Shown here piece after piece: positions 15,346-30,441 of a DNA stretch of 64,000 nt (position 1 is the stretch's first letter; every line of letters begins with the position of its first letter). The notes beneath the pieces were generated by a model. The model saw only the letters and a list, made by a program, of their open reading frames with translations, was not told the DNA's origin and did not search any database. The position numbers and the translations under genes are program-made. Source of the stretch: Eledone cirrhosa (Eukaryota); assembly GCA_964016885.1 (NCBI GenBank), contig OZ024765.1:12586001-12650000 (forward strand), read 5' to 3'.

Positions 15346-16865
15346 GAATAAGAGGGGCAACGTAAGAAAGAAAAGGCGTGGGCAAGACAACTAAGAGTGC
15401 ATGGCTATTGATGGCGATGATGCGATTAAAGGGGGGGGGGGGCAGAAGGGAACAGTCAGTTACAAGGAGAGACGTGACATTTTCTTTTATAAAATGGTTT
15501 TGGTTTGTGTACGAGGTGGGGGGGGGGGCTGTTCCATTTATTTGTTTTTCCTTTTGTCACGTCGACATTAATCATACCAACAACATATGCACAAGATATA
15601 TATATTTAAAAAAATAATAGTTAACTTTACTAGTAAACATATATGATTTACTATAGCCCTTTATGAACTGAGTTCAAATCCCGCCGTGGTTATCTTTTCC
15701 TTTCATCCTTACAGAGTCGATATAAAATAAAGTACCAGTAATACACTGGTGTAATTGCTGGCCTTGTGCCAAAAGTAGAAACGATTATTAACTCCGCTCA
15801 AACTCGTTGATTGGCCGCTGTCACTTCCAACACCTCCGACGATGAGTGTCCCAGGTTTTTTTAAACAACAGAACAAACAGTCTGCTAATGAAATTAACAT
15901 CCTAGCCCCCGCCCCCTAACGTGGATAAACGTTTTACTATTACACCCGTCAACGAATCGGGTGTAATAGTGACAAGTTACCCTAACATACATGTACTTGC
16001 ACACACACGAGGCAATTAATTTAGTGTATTTCAATTAATTTAGAGTATTTTCGGACGACCCAACGAAAAGTGAACCTCTACGCGGTTGTTCAGTCTGCTA
16101 GAAACAATAGCCAAAATATCCCCCAAATCATAGCCACATTTATAAAAATATATGCGAAAAGGTTTGTATACTATAATTCTATGCTTTACAGAAATATTAA
16201 ATCGACTCCAGAACCTGATCGAGATGGTCATGGCGGGAACACAATTCTACTCCTCCACTAGGACTGACCTGGGGCTAAATAACACTTTATTTGAATTGCT
16301 AAATCAGATTTTTAAATGTCAGTGGTGTGTTGTCTTTTAATGGACGTTTAGAAAATGTTTCTAATTTGATATAACTATACCGTATGTAGGTCGCACCCTT
16401 TCCAACGAAATTAACGTGAAAAAAACCGGCATGCGATTTATCAATTGGACGTACATGACAATTTTAAAATACATGGTATACATTGTAAATGTATGTTAGT
16501 AAAACGGAGGTGCGATTTATACACGTGTGTGTATCTATCTAATAATCTTTTTTTAATAGTTTGTCTGATGTGTGAGCAATGCCGGGTCACCGCCTTTGAG
16601 TGTGTATAATCATATCAATCATACAGCTATAATATTATATCGACATCGGAGGGGCGAAAGAAGAAATAAAAGACGTCTGCTTATAATTTTCCCAAACCAT
16701 TGTTACTCAGCCAAAGAAAATAAAAACCTCGAGTGCGTCGCACAAAATAATTGAGTTCAATCTAGTTACGTCCTCTTTACGAGTTAAATCCTTTTGAGAT
16801 TTTAAACTTGGTCTCTCACCCTTCTGGAGTTTACAAAATTCAAAGAGGAGTTATAAAAATATGTG

Positions 16866-17340
<475 letters not shown>

Positions 17341-17929
17341 CAAGACTAGGGTCATAGAATAAACATAGAAAAAGTGAATCATTAAATGAACATATATACA
17401 TGTGTGTGTGTATTGTTCCACTGACAGATCGGAAAGGAAAATTACTTCCTAAATTTGGAACACAACTAAATAAATATTCTGAAAAACATTTTACCTACCC
17501 TCTTGATACAAAAAAGGAAATAAGCCCTACCCAACCCTTTATTTCGTTGTAATACTGATATGTCAATGAATAAAGCACAAGGGGTCACAGATTATTTTTG
17601 GTTGTGGGAAGAGTGTTGTCTAAAATGTCAAATGAACCCCTTTAGTTCTACTTCACTGGAACTTATTTTATCCACATACCAACGCCGGATGAGGTTAGTG
17701 CAGGGCCTGAAGCATATATATAATAAAAGGGACCCTATTTTTTTTTTATATGACAAAGGTTAAAGGCAGGTGCTGACATACTTCGTAAAAAAAAAAAATA
17801 AAATTAAAAAAAAAAGTCCAGTACTGGATTAAGTAAGGACAAAGCTTGTAACTCTATAAAAGGGACCCTAATATATATCATATATAATATACAATAATAT
17901 ATAATATATATATACATATAAAATATATA

Positions 17930-18146
17930 TACTGTAGCTCAAGTTTTGTAAAAATATCCAAGGGTAAGAGCACTCAGTCCATAGAACGAGTTAAGTATAA
18001 TTAATTACAACAGTGACATATATAGGTGCTTAAGTTTCGTTGGATTATACATCCCAACTCATTCAGCCTGTTTATATATATTTATTAAAATAACAGATTA
18101 AAGTTTAAGCAAAGAATCGCTGCTTTCACCCTTAACAGGATCTTCT
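17930..18146 (-). mobile_element. Degenerate hammerhead element, family H8
   Basis: Minus strand AGG-CTGAATGA-GTTGG(GATGTATAAT)CCAAC-GAAA-CTTAAG-CA-CCT at 18024-18069, with an extra core base and U16.1 to C. Downstream CTGAGTGC. The upstream part recurs at about 14260-14325 (+). Confidence 0.45.
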
Positions 18147-18489
18147 ATATATATATTTAATGTGGCAAAGGTTAAAGGCAGTATAGTATTATACAGTTAA
18201 AAAGCAGTTAGAATTTATAGGAGCCCTGAAAATACATTTCTTACTGCGAGGTTAACACCACCACTACCACATCACAGCAGAATTTCAACTCAGAGCCTAA
18301 GGAAAGGACTTTTTAAACTGAACACAGGAAGACAATTTAGTCTGGCACTTCGTTGATTCTGCCAATTAATTAAATAACGAAATAACAGGGGGAAAAGAAA
18401 AAACAACAAACAAAAAGAAAAGTGCAAAGGGAGAGAATTCAGAGAAGATATTTAAGAAAATGTTTTTCTTGTCTTTAATTTAAGTAGAA

Positions 18490-18685
18490 GGTGTGTAATT
18501 TTGAGGGAGGGGTTAAGTTGATGCCAGTTCTTGACAGGTACTTTATTTTATGGATCCCCCGGATGGATGAAAAGCAAAGTTGACCTCGGCAGGATTTGAA
18601 CTCAGGAGGTAGTAGAAGACCGCAATGAAATACTTAGAGACATTTAGTCCGTCGCTCTAAGCGACTGCCGCCAATCCACCACCCT
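18490..18685 (-). mobile_element. tRNA-derived SINE, family A (diverged)
   Basis: GGTACTTTATTTTA...GGATGAAAAGCAAAGTTGACCTCGGCAGGATTTGAACTC...GCCAATCCACC. Confidence 0.65.
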
Positions 18686-20040
18686 CACAATGTGTTCACC
18701 ATTATAAATGAGCAGCGGACGACATTGACAATTATGTTAAGGGTACAGAGAAAGTTAATCGGCGGCAATGATGAGAAAGGGGGAGGGGATTTGGTTCATA
18801 ATGGATGGATCATCTGCATTAGAAGAAGAAAAACAAGTATATACATTGTCGACTTCAGATTTTGAAGTCACCAAATTCATATTTATTCAGTCAAACTTCG
18901 TCTCTAGCTACTCAAAGGGCAATCCAAAGGTGACCATAGGGTTTTGTTTTTGTGTGTTTCCAGATATAATGAAGTCCTCTATCAATGACTGCTTTAATTA
19001 ATGCGTTCCTTTTTAAAAGGGAAATTTAGCTGCTATTTCTAGCAGTTCGAGCGATCATGATCACGGTGAGAAGACCTCGCTCCCTCGGTTCAAAACTAGA
19101 CATTTTTTTAGTAATAGGAGAGGGGGGGGGGGGGCGTGTTAAGTAATCTGAATGCGACATCAGAATATAACTGGTACTTAATTAATCGAAAAGAAAAAAA
19201 AAAAAACATACTCAACCACCAACGACTTGTTTGTCCCGTTATAAACGTAAAAAGAAACCCTTTCCCCAGACAAACAAATCATAGATAAACAAATCGGCGG
19301 GCTTCTGCATTCGAGAGGAGCAGCGAAATTTTAAAATACTATGGAAGTATTGTAGTCGAAATCTGTGAATCATAACTGTCCAACTTGCCGCACTGGATAT
19401 AATTCATATATAAATACATCCATACATATATATATATATATATAGATACACACATATACATCCTGTGTGTATAATATAGATTAGGATTGTATTTAAACTA
19501 TTTATAAATGTCGGACTTGTGATGTGTGAATGTGTACATACATGATGTATATTTGGTGAGAATTTTATCAGAGACTAAGAATTAAATTTATTTATAAATG
19601 TCGGTCTGTGCTGTGTGTTTCAGTGAGTATATACGTGTAGGTGTCTTTATTTCCCCGTTTCTCTCTGATATGTCCGCTTTATTCGTGTCAAGAAATCGCC
19701 ATTCGAGTCAAACAAACCAGCAAGAGAAAGATGGTTTATATATATTACTTTCATTGCTACCAATGATGCTTGTTTTTTTTTTCGTTTTTTTGTTATGTAT
19801 CCATGTCTGTATGGTAGAGATAGGTATCAGAATATAGAAATATGGGTTATTATAATTTTAAAATAACAGTAAATTTTTATTATAACACCCATCTCGGAGA
19901 TGGGGTGTTTATGGAGTTCTTGAGTAGAGGGAATCACAGAAAACGAGTAATTTGAAGGCCATTGTCACTTAAAACACATCAAAAATTATAGAAAAATCAG
20001 ATTTCACATTCAAAATTCTAATCAACCTTTAAAATTATTA

Positions 20041-20073
<33 letters not shown>

Positions 20074-20163
20074 GATAGATATATGTGCATCCAGGGTTCA
20101 ATCGGGGTAACCACAAAGGTACTCAATATATAGTAGAGTGTATACAATATTTAATATAGAAAT

Positions 20164-20215
20164 GGCTTCGACAGGACTAGAACTGTTTCATTCGAAGGAA
20201 ATCATCAGGAAAGCC
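20164..20215 (-). ncRNA. Type I hammerhead ribozyme (H1 variant)
   Basis: Minus strand GGCTTTC-CTGATGA-TTTCCTTCGAAT-GAAA-CAG(TTCTAGTC)CTG-TC-GAAGCC, GUC triplet. Stem I differs from the 7.1-kb copy but still pairs. Host element about 20088-20216. Confidence 0.65.
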
Positions 20216-20292
<77 letters not shown>

Positions 20293-20539
20293 TACCATTA
20301 CACCCGTCTCTGATATAGGGAAGGGTTGATGTGACACGTTTCTCATGTAGATTATAAAACGATACGTAGTAGTAATAATAATAATGACGATAACATTAAT
20401 AATAAGCGGGATTTTAAAAGGGGACAAATAAAGGAGTGGGATCTACTTACTGCAAAAGATGGAGACGAGTAATACCGCCGTCACACTGCTACCAAAGCAG
20501 CAAACTGAATGACTGCCAATTACTTTACACACCCTCACT

Positions 20540-21520
<981 letters not shown>

Positions 21521-21538
21521 ATATATATATATATATAT

Positions 21539-21720
21539 AGCGAGGGAAAAGTGGTAAGGAACCAGGTGGACCATAACGCACCAAAGTACTCAATACTTAG
21601 GGTAGTAGAGTGGGTAATAGGAGTAAGTAAGACCCCGACGGCTGAGCTCAAGCCGTTTCGACGGTACAGAATTAGCCGTCGAAACGGCTTGAGCTCAGCC
21701 GTCGGGGTCTTATTTACTCC

Positions 21721-21721
<1 letters not shown>
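21539..21721 (-). mobile_element. Fold-back element, family H2, in (TA)n
   Basis: Tail in reverse plus palindrome GACCCCGACGGCTGAGCTCAAGCCGTTTCGACGG..CCGTCGAAACGGCTTGAGCTCAGCCGTCGGGGTC. Confidence 0.7.
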
Positions 21722-21751
<30 letters not shown>

Positions 21752-22118
21752 CCTCTTTCTCTCTCCCTTACTGTTTTTCATCATTTCACTCTCTCTCTAT
21801 CTCTAAATCTATCTATTTATTCTATTCCTTGGTCCCTTACTTTTTCTCTCTCACTGCTTCTATTTAATTCCTTCTACTCTTTTCCTCTCTCTCTCTCTCT
21901 CTCTCTATCTCCAAACATGTTTTTTATTTTATTGACTTCTCTTTATCTCTCTAACACACCCAAATACACATTCTAATATATCTTCATACATATCTCTTGC
22001 TGTTACCATCTTACTCTCTCCCCCTCTTTCTCTCTTCCTTGCAATTTTACTATTTACTCCCCTTCAAGCTTTCATTCTCCTTTCCTGACGTTCTCTTACT
22101 CTCCTATATTTTCACCCT

Positions 22119-22167
<49 letters not shown>

Positions 22168-22271
22168 TGTGTCTATGGATATAATCACTCTGTCTTGATG
22201 TAAAAACATTCTACACTTTTTTTATTTTGTCTTTCTGGTTTACTAGCTTGGAATTTTAGCTAAATCTTACC

Positions 22272-22374
<103 letters not shown>

Positions 22375-22834
22375 TGCATGTATGTATGGACCCGGGCATC
22401 AGACTGATATACGGCGTTTCTTGGGCATTTATAACTTGGTGGAAGAGAGAGAGAAAGAGAGGGGCGGGGGTCAGACACATGGGACGGGGTACAAAAATGA
22501 TCAAAATATTGAAATAAAAATAATAAAAATCAACAGACAAACAAACATTTTAGAGCTAAATCATACTATTGATATATATTTCTTTATTTACCATAAAGGC
22601 ATATACTACTATTGATATATAGATATATAAATATACATACGAGACATAATGTTATGCATGAACTTTATTATGGTGTTAGACAGGGGTCGATAAAATTGGT
22701 TTAAATCAGAAGTATAACAGCGAAAACATTCGACAGAATACTCTAGCATCGCTACCCCAATGATACCAGCCAGCACGGATGTTGTGAGAGGAACGCTCTC
22801 TGGCACATAGTGGAGAAAGTGTTACCCAGGAAGA

Positions 22835-23540
22835 TGGCTAGGGGACGTGTTGAAATAATCGTTCTTATTGACAGGGCTCACGCCTGGCCTGCTGGTGGCC
22901 AATTTCATCCCGGTATTTGTGAGTGTTGAGATAATGTGGAGACCCAGAATGCCAGAAGTTTCTACTGGTAACAGTTTGACACGAAAGTCAGTTGACTTCA
23001 TAGGGCTCACTCCTGTGGGTAGCCAACTTTACTCCGATAACAGCGAGTATGGAGGTCGTTCGGGGACCCAGAACGCCAGAAGTTTCCACTGCTATAGGCT
23101 TCACACGAAAGCCAGTTGACTTCATGGGGCTCATTCCTGTGGGTGGCCAACTCCACCCTGATAACAGTGAATGTGGAGGTGGTTCGGGGACCAAGTACAC
23201 CAGAAGTCTCCACTGCTATAAGTTTTACACGAAAGCTAGTTTACTTCATGGAGTTCACTCCAGTGGGCGGTCAACTCTACCCAGATAAAAGCGAGTGTGG
23301 AACCCAGAACACCAGGAGTTTCCACTGCTATAGGCTTCACACGAATGCCAGTTCACTTTTGGGGCTCACTCCTGCAAGTGGCCAAACTCGGACAGAATAA
23401 TGAGAGCGTTGTCCCGGATGATAGCGAGGGAGACGTGTTGAAATAGTCATTCCATGTCGCAGCGGTCATTCTTGTGAGCGACCAGTTTCACCCCCGATAG
23501 CAGTGAGTAAGGAGATAGTCCGGGTACCAAAAATGCTGGT
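22835..23540. repeat. Degenerate tandem repeat, about 124-bp unit, about 5 copies
   Basis: CCAGAAGTTTCCACTGCTATAGGCTTCACACGAAAGCCAGTT-like motif recurs near 22952, 23076, 23200 and 23311. Confidence 0.75.
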
Positions 23541-23600
23541 TCTCCAACGCGTCATGTTCAACGTTTTCTAGTATGTTCTGTCACACCGACTGTTATTATT

Positions 23601-24333
23601 AGTGGATTGGTAGTATCGGTAGAGGGTCGGACGCCATGCTTTCCAGCATAGTTACGTCCCTTTACGATCTGAGTTCAAATCCCGCCGAGGTTGACTTTGC
23701 CTTTCATCCTTACGGGGTCGATAAAATAAAGTACCAGTAATGCACTGAGTAATTGCTGGCCTTGTGCCTAAAGTAGAAACAATTATTACAAGGAGGTGGA
23801 TTGGCAGAATTGCTAGAGCATCGGACACCATGCTTTATAACTTAGAGTTATGCCCCTTTGCGATCTGAGTTCAAATCCCGCCGAGGTTAGCTTTGGTTTT
23901 CATCCTAACAGGGTCGATAAAATAAAGCACCAGTAATGCACTGGGGTCGACTTTCCCATCCCCCCAAATTGCTGGCCTTGTACCTAAATAAGAAACCATC
24001 ATTAAAGGGCGGTGGATTGGCAGTACCGGTAGAGGGTCGGACGCCATGCTTTGCAGCAAAAAGTTATGGCCCTTTAGGATTTGAGTTCAAATCCGCCGAG
24101 GTTAACTTTGCCTTTTGTCCTTACAGAGTCGATAGAATAAAGTACCAGTAATGCACTGGGTCGATTTAATGACCTTGTCGATTACTGACCTTGTGCCTAT
24201 AGTAGAAATAATTATTAAAGTACTATTATTATTAAAGATAAAATAAAGCACCAGTAACGTACTGGGTCGATTTAATCGACTTTCCTCTCCCCAAAAGTTT
24301 GTTGGCCTTATGCCTAAATCTGAAACCATTATT
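23601..24333 (+). mobile_element. Tandem cluster of three SINE family A copies plus a 3' fragment
   Basis: Three successive GTGGATTGG...GAGTTCAAATCC...GCCTTTCATCCT...GGCCTTGTGCCT units, head to tail. Confidence 0.85.
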
Positions 24334-24865
24334 ATTAATATTATATCTGATATTATATCTTATACTTAACTATTTCATATTACCCCTCACCTTTACTAAC
24401 TGACATTATAATATAAACATCGCTGACTGCCCTTTCTCTCTCTCGGTTTCTCAATCTCACCCTGTCTCTCAAACTCTCTCTCTCTCTCTCAATCCCTCTC
24501 TCTCTCTCTCTCTCTCTCTCTCAATCTCACCCTCTCTCGCCTTATATATCTCCTTCACTCTCTCTCTCCCAGTCTCTCCATTTTTGTTTAACTTCTTCTT
24601 TTCTCTCTCTCTCTCTTTGGTCAATCACTTCTATCTCTTTCTCTCAGTCTCTCAATCAATCTCTGCTTCTCTCACACTGTCCCTCTCTCACAGTTTCAAT
24701 CTCTCTGACCCAATCCCTCGGTCAACCTCTCTGCTCCGCTCTTTCTCTCTCTGCTTGTCAATTTCCTTTCTTCCACTCAGCTGTTAATGTTGTCAGCCAG
24801 TCTTTGCTCACACTTACTTCGCCGTGAGTTGCACTCAACTCACAATTCACTACCCTCTCAAGCTT

Positions 24866-25265
<400 letters not shown>

Positions 25266-25544
25266 ACAGCCTCTTCCTCCCTCTCTCACCCTCTCTCTTT
25301 AACGATATTGTATCACTCTCCCTCTCCCCTTCATATTCTACTATGTCACTAAAGCATTTTCTCATCTCTTTTTGACACAATAAACAACGACTCTCTTTTA
25401 ACTATAGTAAATGGACTTTCATCGATTGCGACGAGGAGTGTTCCAGTTGATTCAATTAACAGAGCCACCTACTCGTTTAATTAACGTGAGGGACAATGGC
25501 CAGTTGAGAAAGGAGGAAGCATAGGTCAGTCAGTGGTCTCATTA

Positions 25545-25750
25545 GTCTGGCAGAAGCGGTAGAGCTTCGGGGACCATGCTTCGCAGCATAGAGTTACGGT
25601 CCTTTACATTCTGACTTCAAATCCTGCCAAAGTTAGCTTTGTCTTTCGTCCTTAAGGAGGTTGATAAAATAAAGTACCAGTAATGTAATGGGGGTTGATT
25701 AACTTCCCCCTCCCCCCAAATTGTTGGTCTTGTGCTAAATCAGAAACCAT
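25545..25750 (+). mobile_element. tRNA-derived SINE, family A
   Basis: TGGCAGAAGCGG, GACTTCAAATCC, GATAAAATAAAGTACCAG, TTGGTCTTGTGC. Confidence 0.65.
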
Positions 25751-25914
25751 TTTATATATATAGCTTTTTTTAGTTATTGCTCGCACCAACCTGAGGTATA
25801 TGATTTTTAATGCGATGAAATACTAATGATGGTTGGTAAATCACTGGCGAGGGACTAATTTTATAATATGTAACCCATGTGCAACCACGCAGTATTCCTC
25901 TTTCTTCTCATGTT

Positions 25915-25950
<36 letters not shown>

Positions 25951-25981
25951 TACACACACACACACATATATGTATATATAT

Positions 25982-26673
25982 ATCATCATCATCATCATTT
26001 TACGTCTGCTTTTCCTTGCTTGCAAGGGTGGGATGGGTCCTATTCAGCACAGCATCTCTCCACTTGTCACGGTCCTTTGTCATCTCCTCCGTGAGCTTCA
26101 GTGATCTGAGGTCTGCTCTCACCACCTCCGCCCATGTTTTTCATGATCTTCCTCTACTGCATCTTCTTTCTACTAGGATTTCTTGGCACTTCTTTACCCA
26201 GCGGCCATCCTCCATGCGCATCACATGTCCATACCATCTCAGTCTTCTCTCCTGCACACCACAACTTATACCCAGTTTCTTTCTCAACTCATCCATGCTT
26301 GGTCATTCACGCACATTGACATTGCACATCCAATGGAGCATGCTTGCTTCATTTCTCTCCAACCATTGCATATCTTCTGTAGTTGCTGCCCATGTCTCAC
26401 TACCATGCAGCATTGCACTCCTCACACAGGTATCATATAACCGGCCTTTCATACGCAATGAGAAACCCTTCTTCGTCAACAGAGGAAGCAGCTCCCTAAA
26501 CTTCTTCCAACCTGTCCTTATTCTAGATACTATGGCCTCGGACCCCCCCACCCCACCCACCCACCTCCTATGCTAATCTGATCACCTAGGTACTGGAAGC
26601 TATCAACCACTTCTATAGAAACCACCTGCATTTGAAAGATGTGTCTATCACTGTGATTACTACTGTAAACTTT

Positions 26674-26678
<5 letters not shown>
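25982..26678 (-). mobile_element. RTE-clade LINE 3' fragment
   Basis: Minus-strand peptides VVDSFQYLGDQIS and SRIRTGWKKFRELLPLLTKKGFSLRMKGRLYDTCVRSAMLHGSETWA, typical of the RTE post-RT region. Ends in AGGAAAAGCAGACGTAAAA(TGA)n. Frameshifted. Confidence 0.85.
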
Positions 26679-26715
<37 letters not shown>

Positions 26716-26787
26716 AAAAAAAGATGAAATCGAAAATGCAACTGGGGTCTTATTTTTTAAAAATATATATATCCCAAAATATAACAA

Positions 26788-27465
26788 TATATATATAAAG
26801 TTGTATTCCTGTCTGCTTGTTTGTTCACGAACTACTCCTATGGTTTTGGAGATAGACCCTCATAACCACATATATTCTGAAACTACATTGCCCAGAGTAC
26901 TTGGATAAGTATATTTCATTTTAATCAAAGGGTTCCCTGGGGGCACAAACCCCTGCTGAAAATTTTTTCCCTTCGATTTATATGAAATATAAACCAGGGG
27001 TAAATGACAAGATATGATGCCTATTCACAAAAATTCAGCAAATTTTAATTATATTAAGACACCCTAATGGGGTTAAACCCTCTATTAGGGTTCTCCGGAG
27101 GTACAAACCGCTGCTGAAAACCCCTGCTGAAAACCCCTGCTGAAAACTTTTTCCCTTCGATTTATATGAAATTTAAACCATAGGTAAATGACGAGATATG
27201 ATGCCTATTCACAAAAGTTTTGAATTGATATTTTGAAAAAAATTATTTACAAGAAACAAAATAAGAATAAGATTTAATAATGTAATTTTGATTTGATATA
27301 TTACAAAAAATAATGTTTTCCAATTTTTCATGCATTACATTTTACATTGAGTAATATTGAAATGCAGAGTTTTTCTCCATAATTTATATCACTGATTTAA
27401 AATCAATCATCATTTTCTTACAAAAAAAATGTGAAACGCAGCAAGACGCGGGCAATTCGGCTAGT
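26788..27465 (+). mobile_element. Non-autonomous Helitron-like element
   Basis: 5' TATATATAAAG..GTCTGCTTGTTTGTTCACGAACTACTCC, internal direct repeat of about 110 bp (about 26930 and 27088), 3' CGCAGCAAGACGCGGGCAATTCGGCTAGT hairpin plus CTAG-T. Confidence 0.55.
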
Positions 27466-27599
27466 ATATATATATATTGAATATTATTATTAATGTTAAA
27501 AAAACTCAGATTTACATTACTTGTATTTAGCCATGTAGAGCGATAAAACCATTTGTTAGTTATATATATATATATATATATAGGATAAAGGGTAATGGG

Positions 27600-27920
27600 T
27601 AAAAAACCCCTTCGTTCAAGAATGGCCATGAGATTTGCACTAAAAGGTTGCTCTCTGATGCACAAGTCCAGGCCAGGTTGTTTGTGGCAGACCCCTAGTT
27701 GCCCATGCATAGCAGTCTCTCCTTTCTACACCACCGATGCTGCCCAAAGGAAAGGCAATGGCCAATACAGCTTGGCACCACTGACATCGCAACTCATTTC
27801 TACAGTTGAGTAAATTGGAGCAATGTGAAATAAATCAAGGACACAACACAGTCCTAGAAATGAACTCACAACTTCAAGATTGCAAGCCCAACACTCTAAC
27901 CACTAAGCTATGTACCTTCA
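27600..27920 (-). mobile_element. tRNA-derived SINE sharing the family B head
   Basis: GGAGCAATGTGAAATAAA..CAAGGACACAAC..GAACTCACAAC..CTCTAACCACTAAGC equals the reverse complement of the family B head. The 3' part is different. Confidence 0.55.
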
Positions 27921-28219
27921 CATATATATATTTTTTATTATTAATCTGATGTTTGAATCATTACTTAAATATTAACGTCCATATGAAACCACATTAACAA
28001 AAGATTCTTGAAAAGTAGAAAATAGCACTATGATTGCATCACATTAAAAATTAAATTCTCTATATTAGTTTACTGTAAAATTTCACAATGGCGTCCACAT
28101 CTGAAGATACTATAAGTATTTATATTTACAAACCTGTTTTTACATATTTTCTGCTGAATCATTATAGAATGTTGAGTTAATAGAATTTTTGTATAAATTA
28201 TATAATTATATTTTTTACA

Positions 28220-28590
28220 ATAAAAAGCACCCTGACCACACTGCAAATTGGTCGTGTAGATGTTAGGATAAAAATCACCCAAATTCACACAGTAAAGTGG
28301 GTGGTTGTGTAGGTGTCACAATAAAAAGTGGCTAGTTCACACTGTAAAGTGTTCATGTAGATGTCACGATAAAAAGTATCCTGTCCAAAGTGTAAAGTGG
28401 TTGTGTAGGTGTCACGACAAAAAGCACCCAATCCACGCTGTAAAGTGGTTCTGTAGGTGTCACAACAAAAAGCACCCAATCCACACTGTAAAGTGGTCAT
28501 GTAGGTGTCTCGACAAAAAGCACCCAATCCACACTGTAAAGTGGTCATGCAGGTGTCACAACAAAAAGCATCCAGTCTACACTGTAAACC
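28220..28590. repeat. Degenerate 48-bp minisatellite derived from the SINE B internal unit
   Basis: About 7 units of AAAAAGCACCCAATCCACACTGTAAAGTGGTCNTGTAGGTGTCAC. Confidence 0.8.
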
Positions 28591-28831
28591 AAAGTGATAG
28601 TCAACACTGGCTGACAAAAACTGGGCTAAATTCCTGAAACAATGTCTGAGTCAAGCCAGAGGTGTACAAAGAGTGAAGGGTGTCTCCCCTGCCCCCTTTT
28701 TCTTCCCTGGTAAACTTTGATAACTTTGATAGGTTTTGGCCAGTATTAGCCCAGGCCAGGTCTAACTTAATAGCACCACTTGACAAAGAGAAGGCACTGT
28801 ATTGACATACAGCGTTTCTTGGGCATTTTAA

Positions 28832-29076
28832 CCCTTTAGCATTTAAACTGGCCATATCCGGCCAGAATTATCTCACCTCCTTTTGTTCAAACCAGCTGTA
28901 TCCAACCACTCATACTGATGTTAATGTATTATTCTCAAAATAAATAACAAAATCTCATAGATTCAATATTATGTGAGATAATTATGTGAGATAAAGCCTT
29001 TACTGTGAAAATATATTTGTTTCTACTTTAGGCACAAGGCCAGCAATTACCCAAGAGTAATATAAATGCTAAAGGG
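28832..29076. mobile_element. piggyBac-type MITE with an embedded SINE A tail fragment
   Basis: TTAA CCCTTTAGCATTTA ... TAAATGCTAAAGGG TTAA. The internal TTGTTTCTACTTTAGGCACAAGGCCAGCAATTACCC is the SINE A 3' end. Confidence 0.75.
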
Positions 29077-29754
29077 TTAAGCCTGGTGGAGCTCACCCCT
29101 CTCCAGGCCTGAGTACAGCAGATTTTTCCAGAGAGAGGAAGAATTGACCCCAGTACCAGACTGGTACTTTTTTTTATCAACCTCGAAAGGATGAAAGGCA
29201 AAGTTGACCTCGGCGGGATTTGAACTCAGATAGCAGAGAGCTGGAACAAATACCATAAAGCATTCTATCCAACATTCTAATGACTCTGCCAATTTGCCAG
29301 AAAGGGTGCAAATTTTCCTTTGGTTTACCATCTTCTTGTGACACTAAACTCTGCTAGTTGCAGACTGCACGTGAACATGAGAAATTCTTCTCCACAAAGT
29401 TTGATCACCAACAGCAGAGTTTAAAGAGCAAAGATCAAGTCCTTTTCTGGTTTGTCATACTTATTAATTAAGGTGAGGAGTCAACAAAAATGTCATTTTC
29501 CTCTGTGCTGAGAAGCCTTGTTATGCCCTGGGCCATATTAACTAGGCTTGAACCATTTGAGCCCTGGGAAGCAGGTAACTGTACCTCTGCAGCAACGTGT
29601 TGAGCCTTCAAGTACATGCAAAGAGGGAAGAGGAGCTAGGCATCAGTCTTATCAGACTTATGAATAATATTGTTCTGGCTATGCCACAAACAAAGGGGCG
29701 GGGGAGGAGAGGGGAATGTATGTTATTAGGTCTTTGAGTGAAAGTAAAGATATG

Positions 29755-30340
29755 TTCCTTTATTAGCCACAGGGACACAAAAGTAGGGCACAAATACAAA
29801 GGGGGAAGTTTACATACAATAAAAACGTGTAAAATGTTATCACAGATGGAATTTAAAGGTTAGTCGATTTTCCCCAATAGGGGGAGACATTACATATGGG
29901 TAACACATACCCCCGAAAAAAAATGTGCAACCCTCATCTCCAGGAGTACGAAGAGCTTGTACTCCTTTCCTCTCCTCCTCCTTTTCCTCAACCTACAGGC
30001 TGATATAGAGAGAAGGCCCATTCACTTGGGCCATTCTTGCCACTTTCACCCACCTTTCATAAAACTTGCTGGGGTTCAGCACCTCTCTCTCCATCCTGAC
30101 TCTTCTTCCAAAGTGGTATTTGAAAAAAAGAATCAGTTGTTGGCCGGAGAGAAAGGTGTCTGACCTCAGCCCTTTCAACCTTGTCCACCATACAACCTCT
30201 TTCGCCATAGCTATCGCACGAAGGAAAACCGCCTCTCCTTCGTTTTTGAAGGAGGGTGGCGGCTTGATCATGACAATGGACTCGGTGGTCAACCGGATTG
30301 GTCCCACCCGCGACAATAGTCGTTCTACATAGCCTCACAA
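29755..30340 (-). mobile_element. Tx1/L1-clade LINE 3' fragment
   Basis: Peptide SRVGPIRLTTESIVMIKPPP...AMAKEVVWWTRLKG...FYERWVKV. 3' UTR ends CCCTGTGGCTAATAAAG. (GATA)n at the 5' junction. Confidence 0.8.
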
Positions 30341-30441
30341 ATAGATAGATAGATAGATAGATATGTGATAGATAGATTGATAGATATCTTTCTTTATTTA
30401 CAGATTGATAGATAGACAGATAGATAGACAGATAGATATAT

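Noticed and set aside
18768-19001. 77-aa ORF in unique sequence
   Set aside because: No recognisable domain or supported splice structure.
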